From positions 197,230-261,229 of the forward strand of contig JAMPFE010000001.1 in the NCBI GenBank assembly GCA_023664705.1: a DNA stretch of 64,000 nt, read 5' to 3'. The position numbers and the translations under genes are program-made. This DNA comes from Lachnospiraceae bacterium. GTDB taxonomy: Bacteria > Bacillota > Clostridia > Oscillospirales > Ruminococcaceae. Below, in pieces: positions 38,478 to 46,813 of this stretch. The first letter of the stretch is position 1, and each line of letters starts with the position of its first letter. The notes beneath the pieces are model-generated. The model ran no database searches, was not told the origin of the DNA, and saw nothing but the letters and a program-made list of their open reading frames with translations.

Positions 38478-40121
38478 ATGGACAAACAAACGGCGGACAG
38501 GAAAATTTACGAATACCGCGACAGGATATTCGGCTTCGCTATGGAGAAAACGCGAAACGTCGACCAAGCGGACGAGCTCGCCTCGGAGATAATCTGCGAG
38601 GTGTACCGCTCGTTTCTGCGGGCGGGGGAGATCGTCAACCTCGACGGGTACGTCTACCGCGTCGCGCGGAACGTGTGGTCGAAATACGTTCGGCGGCTTA
38701 CCGAGAGCCGCGGCTTCGAGGATATCGACAACGTGGTCGTCCCGTATTACGACAGGCACGACGATGACGACGAGGAGACCCTCGAGGCTCTGCGGCGCGA
38801 GATAGGCTACCTCTCCGACAGGCAGCGGCAGGTCGTGTATATGCACTACTACCGCGAAATGCCCGTAAACGAGATAGCAAAGCGGCTGAGCATCTCCGCT
38901 GGCACCGTGAAATGGCACTTGTCCGACGCGCGCAGCAAACTGAAGGAGGGCATTACAATGACAATTAACGAAGAAAATCTTGGCGTCTCCCCGATAAGAT
39001 TTACCAACATGGGGCACTGCGGCTCCCCGGGCTCGACGGGAGACACCAACGATATGTTTGACACGCGGCTGAAGCAGAACATCGCGTTCGCGTGCTACTG
39101 GCAGCCGAAAACCTTGGAGGAGATAGCGCGGGAGGTCGGCGTGCCGCAGGTGTACGTCGCGGACAACCTTGAAAAGCTCGTCGACTACGCCTATATAGAC
39201 AAGCTCGACAATTCCAAGAACCCGAAATACCGCACGAATATGCTGATAACGGATCAGGAGAGGGTCGGCAATACGGGCGCTGTTGATGATAAGGCGGCGG
39301 AGTATCTCTGCGAAAGCTTTTTCCCGCGCGTGTTCCGCGATTTCGAGAGCGACCCCGCGCATTGGGGCTTTTCCTGCGCGGACAGCAACGTCAACTTTAT
39401 GAAATACGCGCTGGTCATGTCGTGCATGCTAATGCTGAATAATCTCACGGAGGACCTCAATTTCACGAAATACGGCGTAAAGCGCCCCGACGGCGGCGAT
39501 TTTATAGCGCTTGCCCATGTGCTGAGCGATGAAACGCCCGAGCCCGCCAAGCCCGATCCCTACCCCTATTGGACGTGCGGCTATATGCACGACAGCACCT
39601 TCGACGGTGATAAGGAAACGTCTTACGTGGTTTCCATCGACTGCCGTTTCACAGACAGAAACGGCGGCTGGCGCGACAATCTCAGCTCCGATTGGGAAGC
39701 GCTCGTAAAGTTTATGAGCGGCGGAAAAGACGGCGTTACTCCCGAGGAATACAAGCGCTTGTGCGACAAGGGGTATGTTTTCGAGGGCAAGGTGCAGGTC
39801 GTGCTCTTTAACGCGGAGGATTACGACCGCGCAAGGGACGGCTCGCTTTACAAGGCGTTCGAGCGGCGTCTTAAAGGCAGGCTCGACATTTCCGACGAGC
39901 TAAGGGAATATGCCGATAAGCTCGACGGGGAGATATTCGATTTGATGAAGAACGCGTATCCCGAGCACATTCAGCCCCTTGTAAAGGCGGTTTTCTGCAC
40001 GGAGACCCTCGGAAACCCCGATATTATCCCGCGCTGCGTTGAAAAGCTGCTCGAAAAGGGCTTGCTGTCTCCCCTCACGGACATACAGCGCAAGGCGGCG
40101 TTCTCGGTGCTTTGCATGTAA
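38478..40121 (+). CDS. ECF-type sigma-70 family factor with about 390-aa C-terminal extension
   Basis: Sigma region 2 (DELASEIICEVYRSF) and region 4 (LSDRQRQVVYMHYYREMPVNEIAKRLSISAGTVKWHLSDARSKL), then a long extension containing a second wHTH-like stretch. The ATG at 38478 has a GGAGG SD 8 nt upstream. Confidence 0.82.
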   Translation: MDKQTADRKIYEYRDRIFGFAMEKTRNVDQADELASEIICEVYRSFLRAGEIVNLDGYVYRVARNVWSKYVRRLTESRGFEDIDNVVVPYYDRHDDDDEETLEALRREIGYLSDRQRQVVYMHYYREMPVNEIAKRLSISAGTVKWHLSDARSKLKEGITMTINEENLGVSPIRFTNMGHCGSPGSTGDTNDMFDTRLKQNIAFACYWQPKTLEEIAREVGVPQVYVADNLEKLVDYAYIDKLDNSKNPKYRTNMLITDQERVGNTGAVDDKAAEYLCESFFPRVFRDFESDPAHWGFSCADSNVNFMKYALVMSCMLMLNNLTEDLNFTKYGVKRPDGGDFIALAHVLSDETPEPAKPDPYPYWTCGYMHDSTFDGDKETSYVVSIDCRFTDRNGGWRDNLSSDWEALVKFMSGGKDGVTPEEYKRLCDKGYVFEGKVQVVLFNAEDYDRARDGSLYKAFERRLKGRLDISDELREYADKLDGEIFDLMKNAYPEHIQPLVKAVFCTETLGNPDIIPRCVEKLLEKGLLSPLTDIQRKAAFSVLCM

Positions 40122-40163
40122 AACAAACCATGCCTTATCTTATCACGGCACTTCCATAAAAAA

Positions 40164-40196
40164 ACGCCCCGTCAAGACATTGCCTTGACGGGGCGT
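40164..40196. terminator. bidirectional intrinsic terminator (sigma factor gene / histidine kinase operon)
   Basis: ACGCCCCGTCAAG-loop-CTTGACGGGGCGT, a 13-bp stem, with an A-run upstream (a T-run on the minus strand). Confidence 0.8.
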
Positions 40197-40200
40197 ACTT

Positions 40201-41076
40201 CTATAATTTTACGGTAATAACCAGCTTATCATCGCGTATTTCCGAGGAGATGCCGCCGTTCATCTGCTCGACGAGCAGCTTCGCTATCGACAGCCCGAGC
40301 CCCGTGGAGTTGCTCCCCGTCTCGACCGTGTAAAACCTGTCGAACAGGCGCTCCGCGGAGATTTTTTCCAAGTCGTCCGAGGAATTGGCGAACGTGATAA
40401 CGCAGTCCTCCGTCATTTTCACGTAAAGGTCGCCCGAGGAATATTTCAGCGCGTTCGTGAGGATGTTGCCGAATACCCTTGTAAGCGCGGAACGGTCGGT
40501 TATGCGCTCCAGCCGCCGCTCGGTTATATCTATCTCGGGGGTTATGCCGCGCTGCGAGACGGCGCCGTAAAACGCCGCGAGGCTCTCCTCCAGCACGTCG
40601 TTCACGCAGAGCCGCTCGAGCTTGAATTCCTTCGCCGCCGCGACCACGGAATACCTGAAAAGCTCCTCCGTGAGCTGCTTCATGACCTCCGCGCGGTCCA
40701 CTATCCGCTCAAGGTACTGCCTTGCCTCCGCGCTCATTTCCTCGCGCCCGAGCAGGTCAAGATAGCCGCACATCGCCGTAAGTGGCGTTCGCAGGTCGTG
40801 GGAGACGTTCGTCACCGCGTCCTTCAGCTCGGTATCGCCCTGCCTGCAGAGCCGCCGCTCCTCGCGGAGCCTTACAAGCTCGTCGTTAAGCGCCGCCGCG
40901 AGCTCTCTCATATCCCCGTCCGCCGAGGAGATGTCTATCAGCGTGTTCGTGTCCCCCGAGAGCTTTTCCGACATCTTTTCCCTTATCTCCCGCGCCGAGC
41001 GCTTCATCGAAAAGCACTTCGCCGCGAGGAAAACCGCCGCTGCCGCAAGAACCGCGCAGATGATATACGGGTGCAT
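40201..41076 (-). CDS. sensor histidine kinase with a single N-terminal TM helix and no extracytoplasmic domain
   Basis: H-box SHDLRTPLT and the HATPase_c N/G boxes (NALKYS, GLGLSIAK). Only about 25 aa precede the cytoplasmic linker. Confidence 0.88.
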   Translation of the reverse strand: MHPYIICAVLAAAAVFLAAKCFSMKRSAREIREKMSEKLSGDTNTLIDISSADGDMRELAAALNDELVRLREERRLCRQGDTELKDAVTNVSHDLRTPLTAMCGYLDLLGREEMSAEARQYLERIVDRAEVMKQLTEELFRYSVVAAAKEFKLERLCVNDVLEESLAAFYGAVSQRGITPEIDITERRLERITDRSALTRVFGNILTNALKYSSGDLYVKMTEDCVITFANSSDDLEKISAERLFDRFYTVETGSNSTGLGLSIAKLLVEQMNGGISSEIRDDKLVITVKL

Positions 41077-41078
41077 AC

Positions 41079-41624
41079 TTATCGGACCGCCGTTCCGCCG
41101 TAGTCGCAGAGCCTGCCGCGGTAAATGACGTTCCCGTCGGGAATGTCGAGGAAATGCATGGGCTGGACTATCGGCTCGAACAGCCCGCTGTCCTCGATGC
41201 CGAAATTCACCAGCAGCTCCCGAACGAAATCCGAGCAGTAATAATGCCGCTCGCGCTTGTAGATTATCTTGAAGCCCGCCAGCACGAGCCCTATCGAATC
41301 GTAATGATAGTCGTCCTTGTGGGCTATCATGTCCTTTAGCGCCGCCTCGACCCCGTTATAGGTGCTCTCGCTTACGGGTATCGCCAGCACGACGGCACGC
41401 GCGTCGGAAAAGCGTTTCATGGCGCCGTACTCGGTGGACTCCCTTACAAAACCGCCGTACCACGGGAAATAGGTATACCGCCTGCCGAACGAGTACATAC
41501 AGCGCAGGTCGGGCTCAAGGGAAACCGAAATGTGGTTGTATTCCGCGCCCGTTATTTTTTTCAGCATACGCGAAACGATGCTGCCCGTCTGCGTTATGAC
41601 CAGATAAATTTCCCTCTCCGACAT
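41079..41624 (-). CDS. permuted papain-fold (YiiX/YaeF C92-like, NlpC/P60 superfamily) amidase-like protein
   Basis: A conserved His (EYNHISVS) precedes a Cys (HYYCSDFVRELL), the order expected for permuted papain-like C92 enzymes. The call is from motif recollection only. Confidence 0.5.
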   Translation of the reverse strand: MSEREIYLVITQTGSIVSRMLKKITGAEYNHISVSLEPDLRCMYSFGRRYTYFPWYGGFVRESTEYGAMKRFSDARAVVLAIPVSESTYNGVEAALKDMIAHKDDYHYDSIGLVLAGFKIIYKRERHYYCSDFVRELLVNFGIEDSGLFEPIVQPMHFLDIPDGNVIYRGRLCDYGGTAVR

Positions 41625-41740
41625 TTTATGTACCCCGTTTTTCTGAGTTATTGACTTTTGGAAAAAATTCCCATATACATTTTACGTTGGCTATAATATA
41701 TATTATAACAGCTTTCGTACAAATTGTCAATAGCAAACGG

Positions 41741-42562
41741 TCATTTTATATCCCTTCGGCTGAACGCCGCCGCTCCCAGCGAACCCGCGAACACCGCGAC
41801 GAACGCCGTTCCCGCGACGTCGGCGGCTGTGTTCGTCAGGTCGCAGTTGGACAGAGTTACCGCGGGCGCAAGCGGATTTATGTGCAGCGCCGCCTCGTAA
41901 ACGGCGCGCTTGAGCCCGTCGATGTAGAGCGGATTTTCCTTCACCTCGAAAACAAGCTCGCCGTCCGCGGGCTCGGCAGTCATCGTCTCGCGGGGCTGCT
42001 CAAGCCGCGAATATACCGTCCCTGCGGCTATCATGAGCGCGATAGCTCCCCCCATGGCGGCGACCGCCGCTGCCGACCTGCGCGGTATCAGCATGCCGAC
42101 TATCGCCGAAAGGACGCTCACCGCGGCGGTCGCTGCAAACGAGACCGCAATGAGCCAAGCCGCCTCCGCGAACGACATTCGCCAAAAGCCAAGTATCGGC
42201 GCTCCCGAAAGCCCTCCGACAAGCCAAGCGGCGTTTATCGAGCAGCCGATGACGACCCCCGTCAGCAGGTTCGCCGCGTAGACGCCGCTGCGGGGGCTGC
42301 CGACATAAAGCTTGTTGCGTATCGTGCCGCTGTTGTCCGCGCCGATAAACAGCACGATGACCGCCGCCGCGGCGAGCTGCGCGTAGGGAGCGCCCGCGAG
42401 AGCTCGCGTTTCCAGCGCGCACAGCGACAGGTCGCCCTCTATCGACAGGCAGTCGAACGCCGTCGCCGCCGCGGTCACGAGCGCCGTCAGCGCCAGCGAC
42501 CACCAAAACAGCTTGTTCCTTTTCAGCCGAAACATATTCGCGTGAAATATCCGTGACGTCAT
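41741..42562 (-). CDS. ABC-2 type permease, paralog 1 (most divergent)
   Basis: Six predicted TM helices. Shares the FRLKRNKLFWW, GADNSGTIRNKLYVG and ENPLYIDG blocks with the neighbouring paralogs. Confidence 0.85.
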   Translation of the reverse strand: MTSRIFHANMFRLKRNKLFWWSLALTALVTAAATAFDCLSIEGDLSLCALETRALAGAPYAQLAAAAVIVLFIGADNSGTIRNKLYVGSPRSGVYAANLLTGVVIGCSINAAWLVGGLSGAPILGFWRMSFAEAAWLIAVSFAATAAVSVLSAIVGMLIPRRSAAAVAAMGGAIALMIAAGTVYSRLEQPRETMTAEPADGELVFEVKENPLYIDGLKRAVYEAALHINPLAPAVTLSNCDLTNTAADVAGTAFVAVFAGSLGAAAFSRRDIK

Positions 42563-43383
42563 TTCAAATCCTTCCTTCTGAACGCCAAAAGCCCCGCGCC
42601 CGTCGAGACCGCCAGCACCCCCAGCGAATACAGCGGCAGTATTTCGGGCGTGTGAACGTCGCCCGTCTCAAGCTGCAATATCTGCCCGCTCGGGAGAATA
42701 TCGTTCAACGCCGTCATAACAACGCGCTTTGCGCCGCTGACGTACAGCGGGTTCGGCTGCGGCTCGCTCTGCGAGACCTGCCCGTCCGCCGAGATCTCGT
42801 AGCCCGAAACGTACTCGGGCTCGCCGAGCAGCGACATTATCACCGCCGAGCCGAGTATCAGCGCGAACGTCAGCACAAGGGTTATCGTCGTTATCGACGA
42901 CTTGGACGTTATCAGCATGCCGATAAGCGTAAAAACGGCGCTCACCGCGGCGATCGCGGCAATGCATATCAGCATTTGCAGCGCCAGCTCGTCCGCGGGC
43001 ATACCGAGCTTCCCCCCGAGGCAAAGCCCCGCTGTCGACACCGTCAGCCACGAAGCCGCAAGCATCATAAGCGCCCCCGCCGCCGCGGTCGTCAGGTTCG
43101 AGAGGTAAATATCGAGGCGCTTGTGCCCGATAATGAGCTTGTTGCGGATAGTGCCGTTCGAGTAGTCCGTGCCGAGGTACAGCGCCGCGAATATCGCCGC
43201 GAAAAGCATCACGTTGGAGCCATTCGACATTATCTGCGCGCCGAGCCGCTGTATGCTCTCCTTTTGCACGGAATAGCTCTCAAAGAAATTCGCGGCGCTC
43301 AAAGCGACCGACAATATAAAGCACACCCAAAACGATTTGGTTTTCCATAATCTGGCAAAGTTTGCCCGTAATAATCTGAACAT
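42559..43383 (-). CDS. ABC-2 type permease, paralog 2
   Basis: MFRLLRANFARLWKTKSFWVC, LYLGTDYSNGTIRNKLIIG, and six TM helices. Confidence 0.88.
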   Translation of the reverse strand: MFRLLRANFARLWKTKSFWVCFILSVALSAANFFESYSVQKESIQRLGAQIMSNGSNVMLFAAIFAALYLGTDYSNGTIRNKLIIGHKRLDIYLSNLTTAAAGALMMLAASWLTVSTAGLCLGGKLGMPADELALQMLICIAAIAAVSAVFTLIGMLITSKSSITTITLVLTFALILGSAVIMSLLGEPEYVSGYEISADGQVSQSEPQPNPLYVSGAKRVVMTALNDILPSGQILQLETGDVHTPEILPLYSLGVLAVSTGAGLLAFRRKDLK

Positions 43384-43392
43384 ATTTAAACC

Positions 43393-44259
43393 TCACTTTA
43401 TGTCTTTTTTGCGGAATATCAGTGCTCCGACCGCCGTTGCCGCTGCCGTCAGACCCAGCGAGTACAGCGGCAGCGCCCTGCATTCCTCGGCGGCAGCGCC
43501 GTTCTCCAGGCGGCTTACGGCGCCCGCGGGGAGCATATCGTTTACGACCGAAAACATCACCCGCCGCGCGCCGTCTACGTACAGCGGATTTTTTTCTCCC
43601 TCGGCGGCAAATTCGGGCGAAGTCGTTATCTCAAAGCGGACCGCTCCCTCCGTTTGCGCCGCCGTGCCGACCATGGAGCTGTCAAAATACTCGGGCATCC
43701 CGAGGAACGCCAGCAGCGGCGCGGAGATAAACATCGACGCGAACAGCGCGCAAAGCGTCGCCGTAACGACAGAGGCTTTCGAGGAGACGAGCATGCCGAT
43801 AAGCGTATTGACCGCGCAGAACGCCGTCAAGGCGCACACAACGACAAGCTGCCGAAACGCGAAGTCCCCCTCCTCTTGCCCGAGAGCCCCGCCCCTCGCC
43901 AGCCCGCAGAAAAGCGTAACGGCGCGATCGACAGCCGTTATGATGAACGTCCCCGCCATCACCGTTATCAGGTTCGCGAAATAGACCTCCGCGCGCTTGC
44001 GCCCGATAATGAGCTTGTTGCGGATAGTGCCGTTCGAGTAATCCGTGCCGAGGTACAGCGCCGTAAAAACCGCCGCGACGAGCATTATGTCCGTGCCGCC
44101 GCCCGTCAGCAAATCGCCGAGCCGCTTCGTGCAGCTCCCGTCCTCAACGCAGTTGAAAACAAATCTCGTAAAGCTGTCGAAAACCGCTATGATAACGCAT
44201 ACCCAAAACGATTTGGTTTTCCAAAGCCTGGCAAAGTTTGCCCTTAACAGTCTGAACAT
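43393..44259 (-). CDS. ABC-2 type permease, paralog 3
   Basis: The N-terminal 21 aa are identical to paralog 2, and the central LYLGTDYSNGTIRNKLIIG block is also identical. Confidence 0.88.
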   Translation of the reverse strand: MFRLLRANFARLWKTKSFWVCVIIAVFDSFTRFVFNCVEDGSCTKRLGDLLTGGGTDIMLVAAVFTALYLGTDYSNGTIRNKLIIGRKRAEVYFANLITVMAGTFIITAVDRAVTLFCGLARGGALGQEEGDFAFRQLVVVCALTAFCAVNTLIGMLVSSKASVVTATLCALFASMFISAPLLAFLGMPEYFDSSMVGTAAQTEGAVRFEITTSPEFAAEGEKNPLYVDGARRVMFSVVNDMLPAGAVSRLENGAAAEECRALPLYSLGLTAAATAVGALIFRKKDIK

Positions 44260-44268
44260 ATTTAAACC

Positions 44269-44691
44269 TCACTTTATGTCTTTTTTGCGGAATATCAGCG
44301 CCCCGACCGCCGTCGCTGCCGCAGCAATGCCGAGCCCTACGCCGCAGGCAAGGTCATATATTATCACCGCGAGCCACGCGGCGGCGAAGATAAGCGCCGT
44401 TCCGACCGAAACCGTTATCAGTCCCGCGAAGTAGACCTTGACGCGCGGCACTCCCGCTATCAGCCTGTTGCGGACGGTCCTGTCCGAATTGTCCGTGCCG
44501 AGGTACAGCACGGCAAAGACCGCCGAGAAGAACAGCGATACGGGGGTAATGTTGTACATGGCAACAAAAAAATTGTGTCTTGTCGAGGTTATGCCCATAA
44601 GCAGGGCGAACACTGCGGGAAGGCCAAGACACACCCAAAAGGACGTCGTTTTCCAAAGCCGCGCAAAATTTGCCCGCAGTAAACCCCTCAT
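44269..44691 (-). CDS. truncated ABC-2 permease paralog 4 (in-frame internal deletion; possible pseudogene)
   Basis: 140 aa. The first ~115 aa align to the N-terminal third of the permeases. The last 17 aa (AAATAVGALIFRKKDIK) are identical to the C-terminus of paralog 3. Confidence 0.65.
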   Translation of the reverse strand: MRGLLRANFARLWKTTSFWVCLGLPAVFALLMGITSTRHNFFVAMYNITPVSLFFSAVFAVLYLGTDNSDRTVRNRLIAGVPRVKVYFAGLITVSVGTALIFAAAWLAVIIYDLACGVGLGIAAAATAVGALIFRKKDIK

Positions 44692-44700
44692 CGCGCCCTC

Positions 44701-45606
44701 CTATTCGCTGCCGCCCACAAGGTTGATAAAGTACGCCTCCAGGCTCTCGTCGTGCTCGTTTATCGAAAACAGCTCGCAGTCCGCGTTTTTCAGCGCCTCG
44801 GTGAGCCTTGTAATGCTTATCTCCCCGTAGACGTCCGCGGTCTTTTCGTCGATGACCGCGTATTCCAAACCCATTCCGTCCAGCACCGTCGCGAGCTTTT
44901 TCGTATCGGAAACGGTCGCCCTCGCGCACTTCCGGCACTCCTTTTCAAGCTGCTCGGCGCTTATCTCCTTGACGATGCGCCCCTTGTCGATAAAGCCGTA
45001 GTGCGTCGCGAGCCTTGAAAGCTCGTCGAGGATATGGCTCGATATAAGCACGGTTATCTGCCTTTCGCGGTTGAGCTCCAGAATAAGCTCGCGTATCTCG
45101 ATAATGCCCTGCGGGTCAAGCCCGTTTATCGGCTCGTCCAGCAGCAGAAAATCGGGGTCGCCGCACAGCGCGACGGCAATGCCGAGCCTCTGCCGCATGC
45201 CCAGCGAGAAATTTTTCGCCTTTTTCCGCCCCGTGTTCTCCAGTCCGACGAGCTTCAGCAGCTCGGGAATACCCTTAAACGACGGCATACCGAGAACGCG
45301 GTATTGCTCCTTGAGGTTGTCCTCCGCGGTCATATCCATATAAACGGACGGCGTTTCCACAACGGCGCCCATTCTGCGCCGCGCCTTGGAAATATCGCCC
45401 GTGCTCTCCGTGCCGTACAGCGTAAAAGTGCCCGAGGTCGCGAACTGCAATCCGCAGATAAGCCTTATAAGCGTGGTCTTGCCCGCGCCGTTGCGCCCCA
45501 CGAACCCGTAAATAGCCCCCTTCGGCACGTTCATCGAAAGCCCGTCCAGAGCCGTGAATTTATGATACCTTTTCACTAGATCGCGTGTAGTAAGAATGTT
45601 TTCCAT
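44701..45606 (-). CDS. ABC transporter ATP-binding protein
   Basis: Walker A GRNGAGKTT, signature LSLGMRQR, Walker B LLLDEP. Confidence 0.93.
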   Translation of the reverse strand: MENILTTRDLVKRYHKFTALDGLSMNVPKGAIYGFVGRNGAGKTTLIRLICGLQFATSGTFTLYGTESTGDISKARRRMGAVVETPSVYMDMTAEDNLKEQYRVLGMPSFKGIPELLKLVGLENTGRKKAKNFSLGMRQRLGIAVALCGDPDFLLLDEPINGLDPQGIIEIRELILELNRERQITVLISSHILDELSRLATHYGFIDKGRIVKEISAEQLEKECRKCARATVSDTKKLATVLDGMGLEYAVIDEKTADVYGEISITRLTEALKNADCELFSINEHDESLEAYFINLVGGSE

Positions 45607-45730
45607 ATCAACATCTCCTTATCCGAAAATAAACGGAAACAAGAAAACGCCCCTCGGTATGTATGCGGCTGTTTTGGTTTGATCGTTTTGCGGGGCATTT
45701 CCTTGCTTCCGAATATATTGTACCCCCCAA

Positions 45731-45773
45731 CGGTTAAGAAATCGGTAAAGAAAACGGTTAAGATTAGGTTAAG
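45731..45773 (-). promoter_or_regulatory. four direct repeats (minus-strand CTTAACCG-like), candidate OmpR-family response-regulator operator upstream of the ABC operon
   Basis: Plus-strand boxes are CGGTTAAG (45731), CGGTAAAG (45743), CGGTTAAG (45755) and AGGTTAAG (45766), spaced 12, 12 and 11 nt. A TACAAT -10 lies at 45717-45722 (minus strand) with a poor -35. Confidence 0.55.
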
Positions 45774-46429
45774 ATTTCGCGCATTTTAAAGCCTATCCCC
45801 CACACCGCCTCGATAAAGTCCAGCCCCGACGCGTCGCGGAGCTTTTTGCGCAGGTTGCTTACGTGCACCTTGAGGGAGCTTTCCACGCAGTCGGGCGTAT
45901 CCGCGCTTATCCTGTCGAGTATCTGCGACTTCGTTATCACCTGCTTTGGGTTCTGCATGAGAATTTTCAGTATCGCGAACTCGGTTTTCGTGAGCTTCAC
46001 GGCGTTCCCGCCGAATTTCGCTTCGTGCAGCTCCGTGTTCAGCGAAAGCCCGCCGTATTCCAGCAGCTCGGCGCGCGTATTCCTCCGCAGCTGCACGCGT
46101 ATCCTCGCGAGCAGCTCCTTGGTGTCGAACGGCTTTGTAACGTAATCGACCGCCCCCGACAGCAGCAGCTCGACCTTGCTGCCCACGTCGGCTCTCGCGC
46201 TCATCACGATAACGGGCACGTCTCCTATCCTCGGCAGCACCCGCTCCCCCGAAAGCCCCGGCATCATCAGATCCAACAGCACCAGGTCGGGCGTTTTCTC
46301 CTCCAGCAGCGCCAGCGCCTCCCCGCCCGAAAACGCGCGCATCACCTCGTAGCCCTCGCGGCTCAGCAGCTCGCAGAGCATATTGTTTATATGCGGGTCG
46401 TCGTCTATTACGGCAATTATTTCGCTCAT
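45764..46429 (-). CDS. OmpR/PhoB-family response regulator
   Basis: Receiver domain (DDDP...DLVLLDLMMPG) and a winged-helix output domain (LTKTEFAILKIL...VHVSNLRKKL). Confidence 0.93.
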   Translation of the reverse strand: MSEIIAVIDDDPHINNMLCELLSREGYEVMRAFSGGEALALLEEKTPDLVLLDLMMPGLSGERVLPRIGDVPVIVMSARADVGSKVELLLSGAVDYVTKPFDTKELLARIRVQLRRNTRAELLEYGGLSLNTELHEAKFGGNAVKLTKTEFAILKILMQNPKQVITKSQILDRISADTPDCVESSLKVHVSNLRKKLRDASGLDFIEAVWGIGFKMREILT

Positions 46430-46460
46430 TTCAAGTCCTCCAAAAGAATTTTATGTAAAC

Positions 46461-46489
46461 ATTGTAACACATTACACCGCCTTTGTCAA
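46461..46489 (-). promoter_or_regulatory. consensus-like promoter for the response-regulator/ABC operon
   Basis: Minus strand: TTGACA (46484-46489), a 17-nt spacer ending TGT, then TACAAT (46461-46466). Confidence 0.6.
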
Positions 46490-46499
46490 TTCAAAGCGC

Positions 46500-46528
46500 T
46501 TGACAAAATCTCCGTTCCGTGATATAAT
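46500..46528 (+). promoter_or_regulatory. perfect sigma-A consensus promoter for the HMA-domain gene
   Basis: TTGACA (46500-46505), a 17-nt spacer, then TATAAT (46523-46528). It sits back-to-back with the promoter at 46461-46489. Confidence 0.7.
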
Positions 46529-46564
46529 AACGTTAGCCGAAGCTAACCGAAAGGAGAATTTACA

Positions 46565-46813
46565 ATGATAAAGACAACGCTGAAAATTGACGGCATGATG
46601 TGCGGAATGTGCGAGGCGCATATAAACGACGCTGTACGCGCGGCTTTCAAGGTGAAAAAGGTCTCTTCGTCACACAAAAAGGGCGTCACCGAGATAATCT
46701 CGGAAACGCCCCTCGATGAAAATTCCGTCCGCGAATGTATCGAAAAAACGGGCTACAAGCTGCTGTCCGCATGCTCGGAGGAATACGTGAAAAAGGGACT
46801 GTTCGGGCGTTAA
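46565..46813 (+). CDS. heavy-metal-associated (HMA) domain protein, CopZ-like
   Basis: KIDGMMCGMCEAHI metal-binding motif. 82 aa. AAGGAG SD. Confidence 0.85.
   Translation: MIKTTLKIDGMMCGMCEAHINDAVRAAFKVKKVSSSHKKGVTEIISETPLDENSVRECIEKTGYKLLSACSEEYVKKGLFGR

Noticed and set aside
45607-45700. A possible attenuator or terminator hairpin (GCCCC ... GGGGC followed by GTTTTCTTGTTT) in the leader of the ABC ATPase gene.
   Set aside because: The stem is only about 5 bp with a ~40-nt loop. I could not find a convincing alternative structure, so it is too weak to call without folding software.
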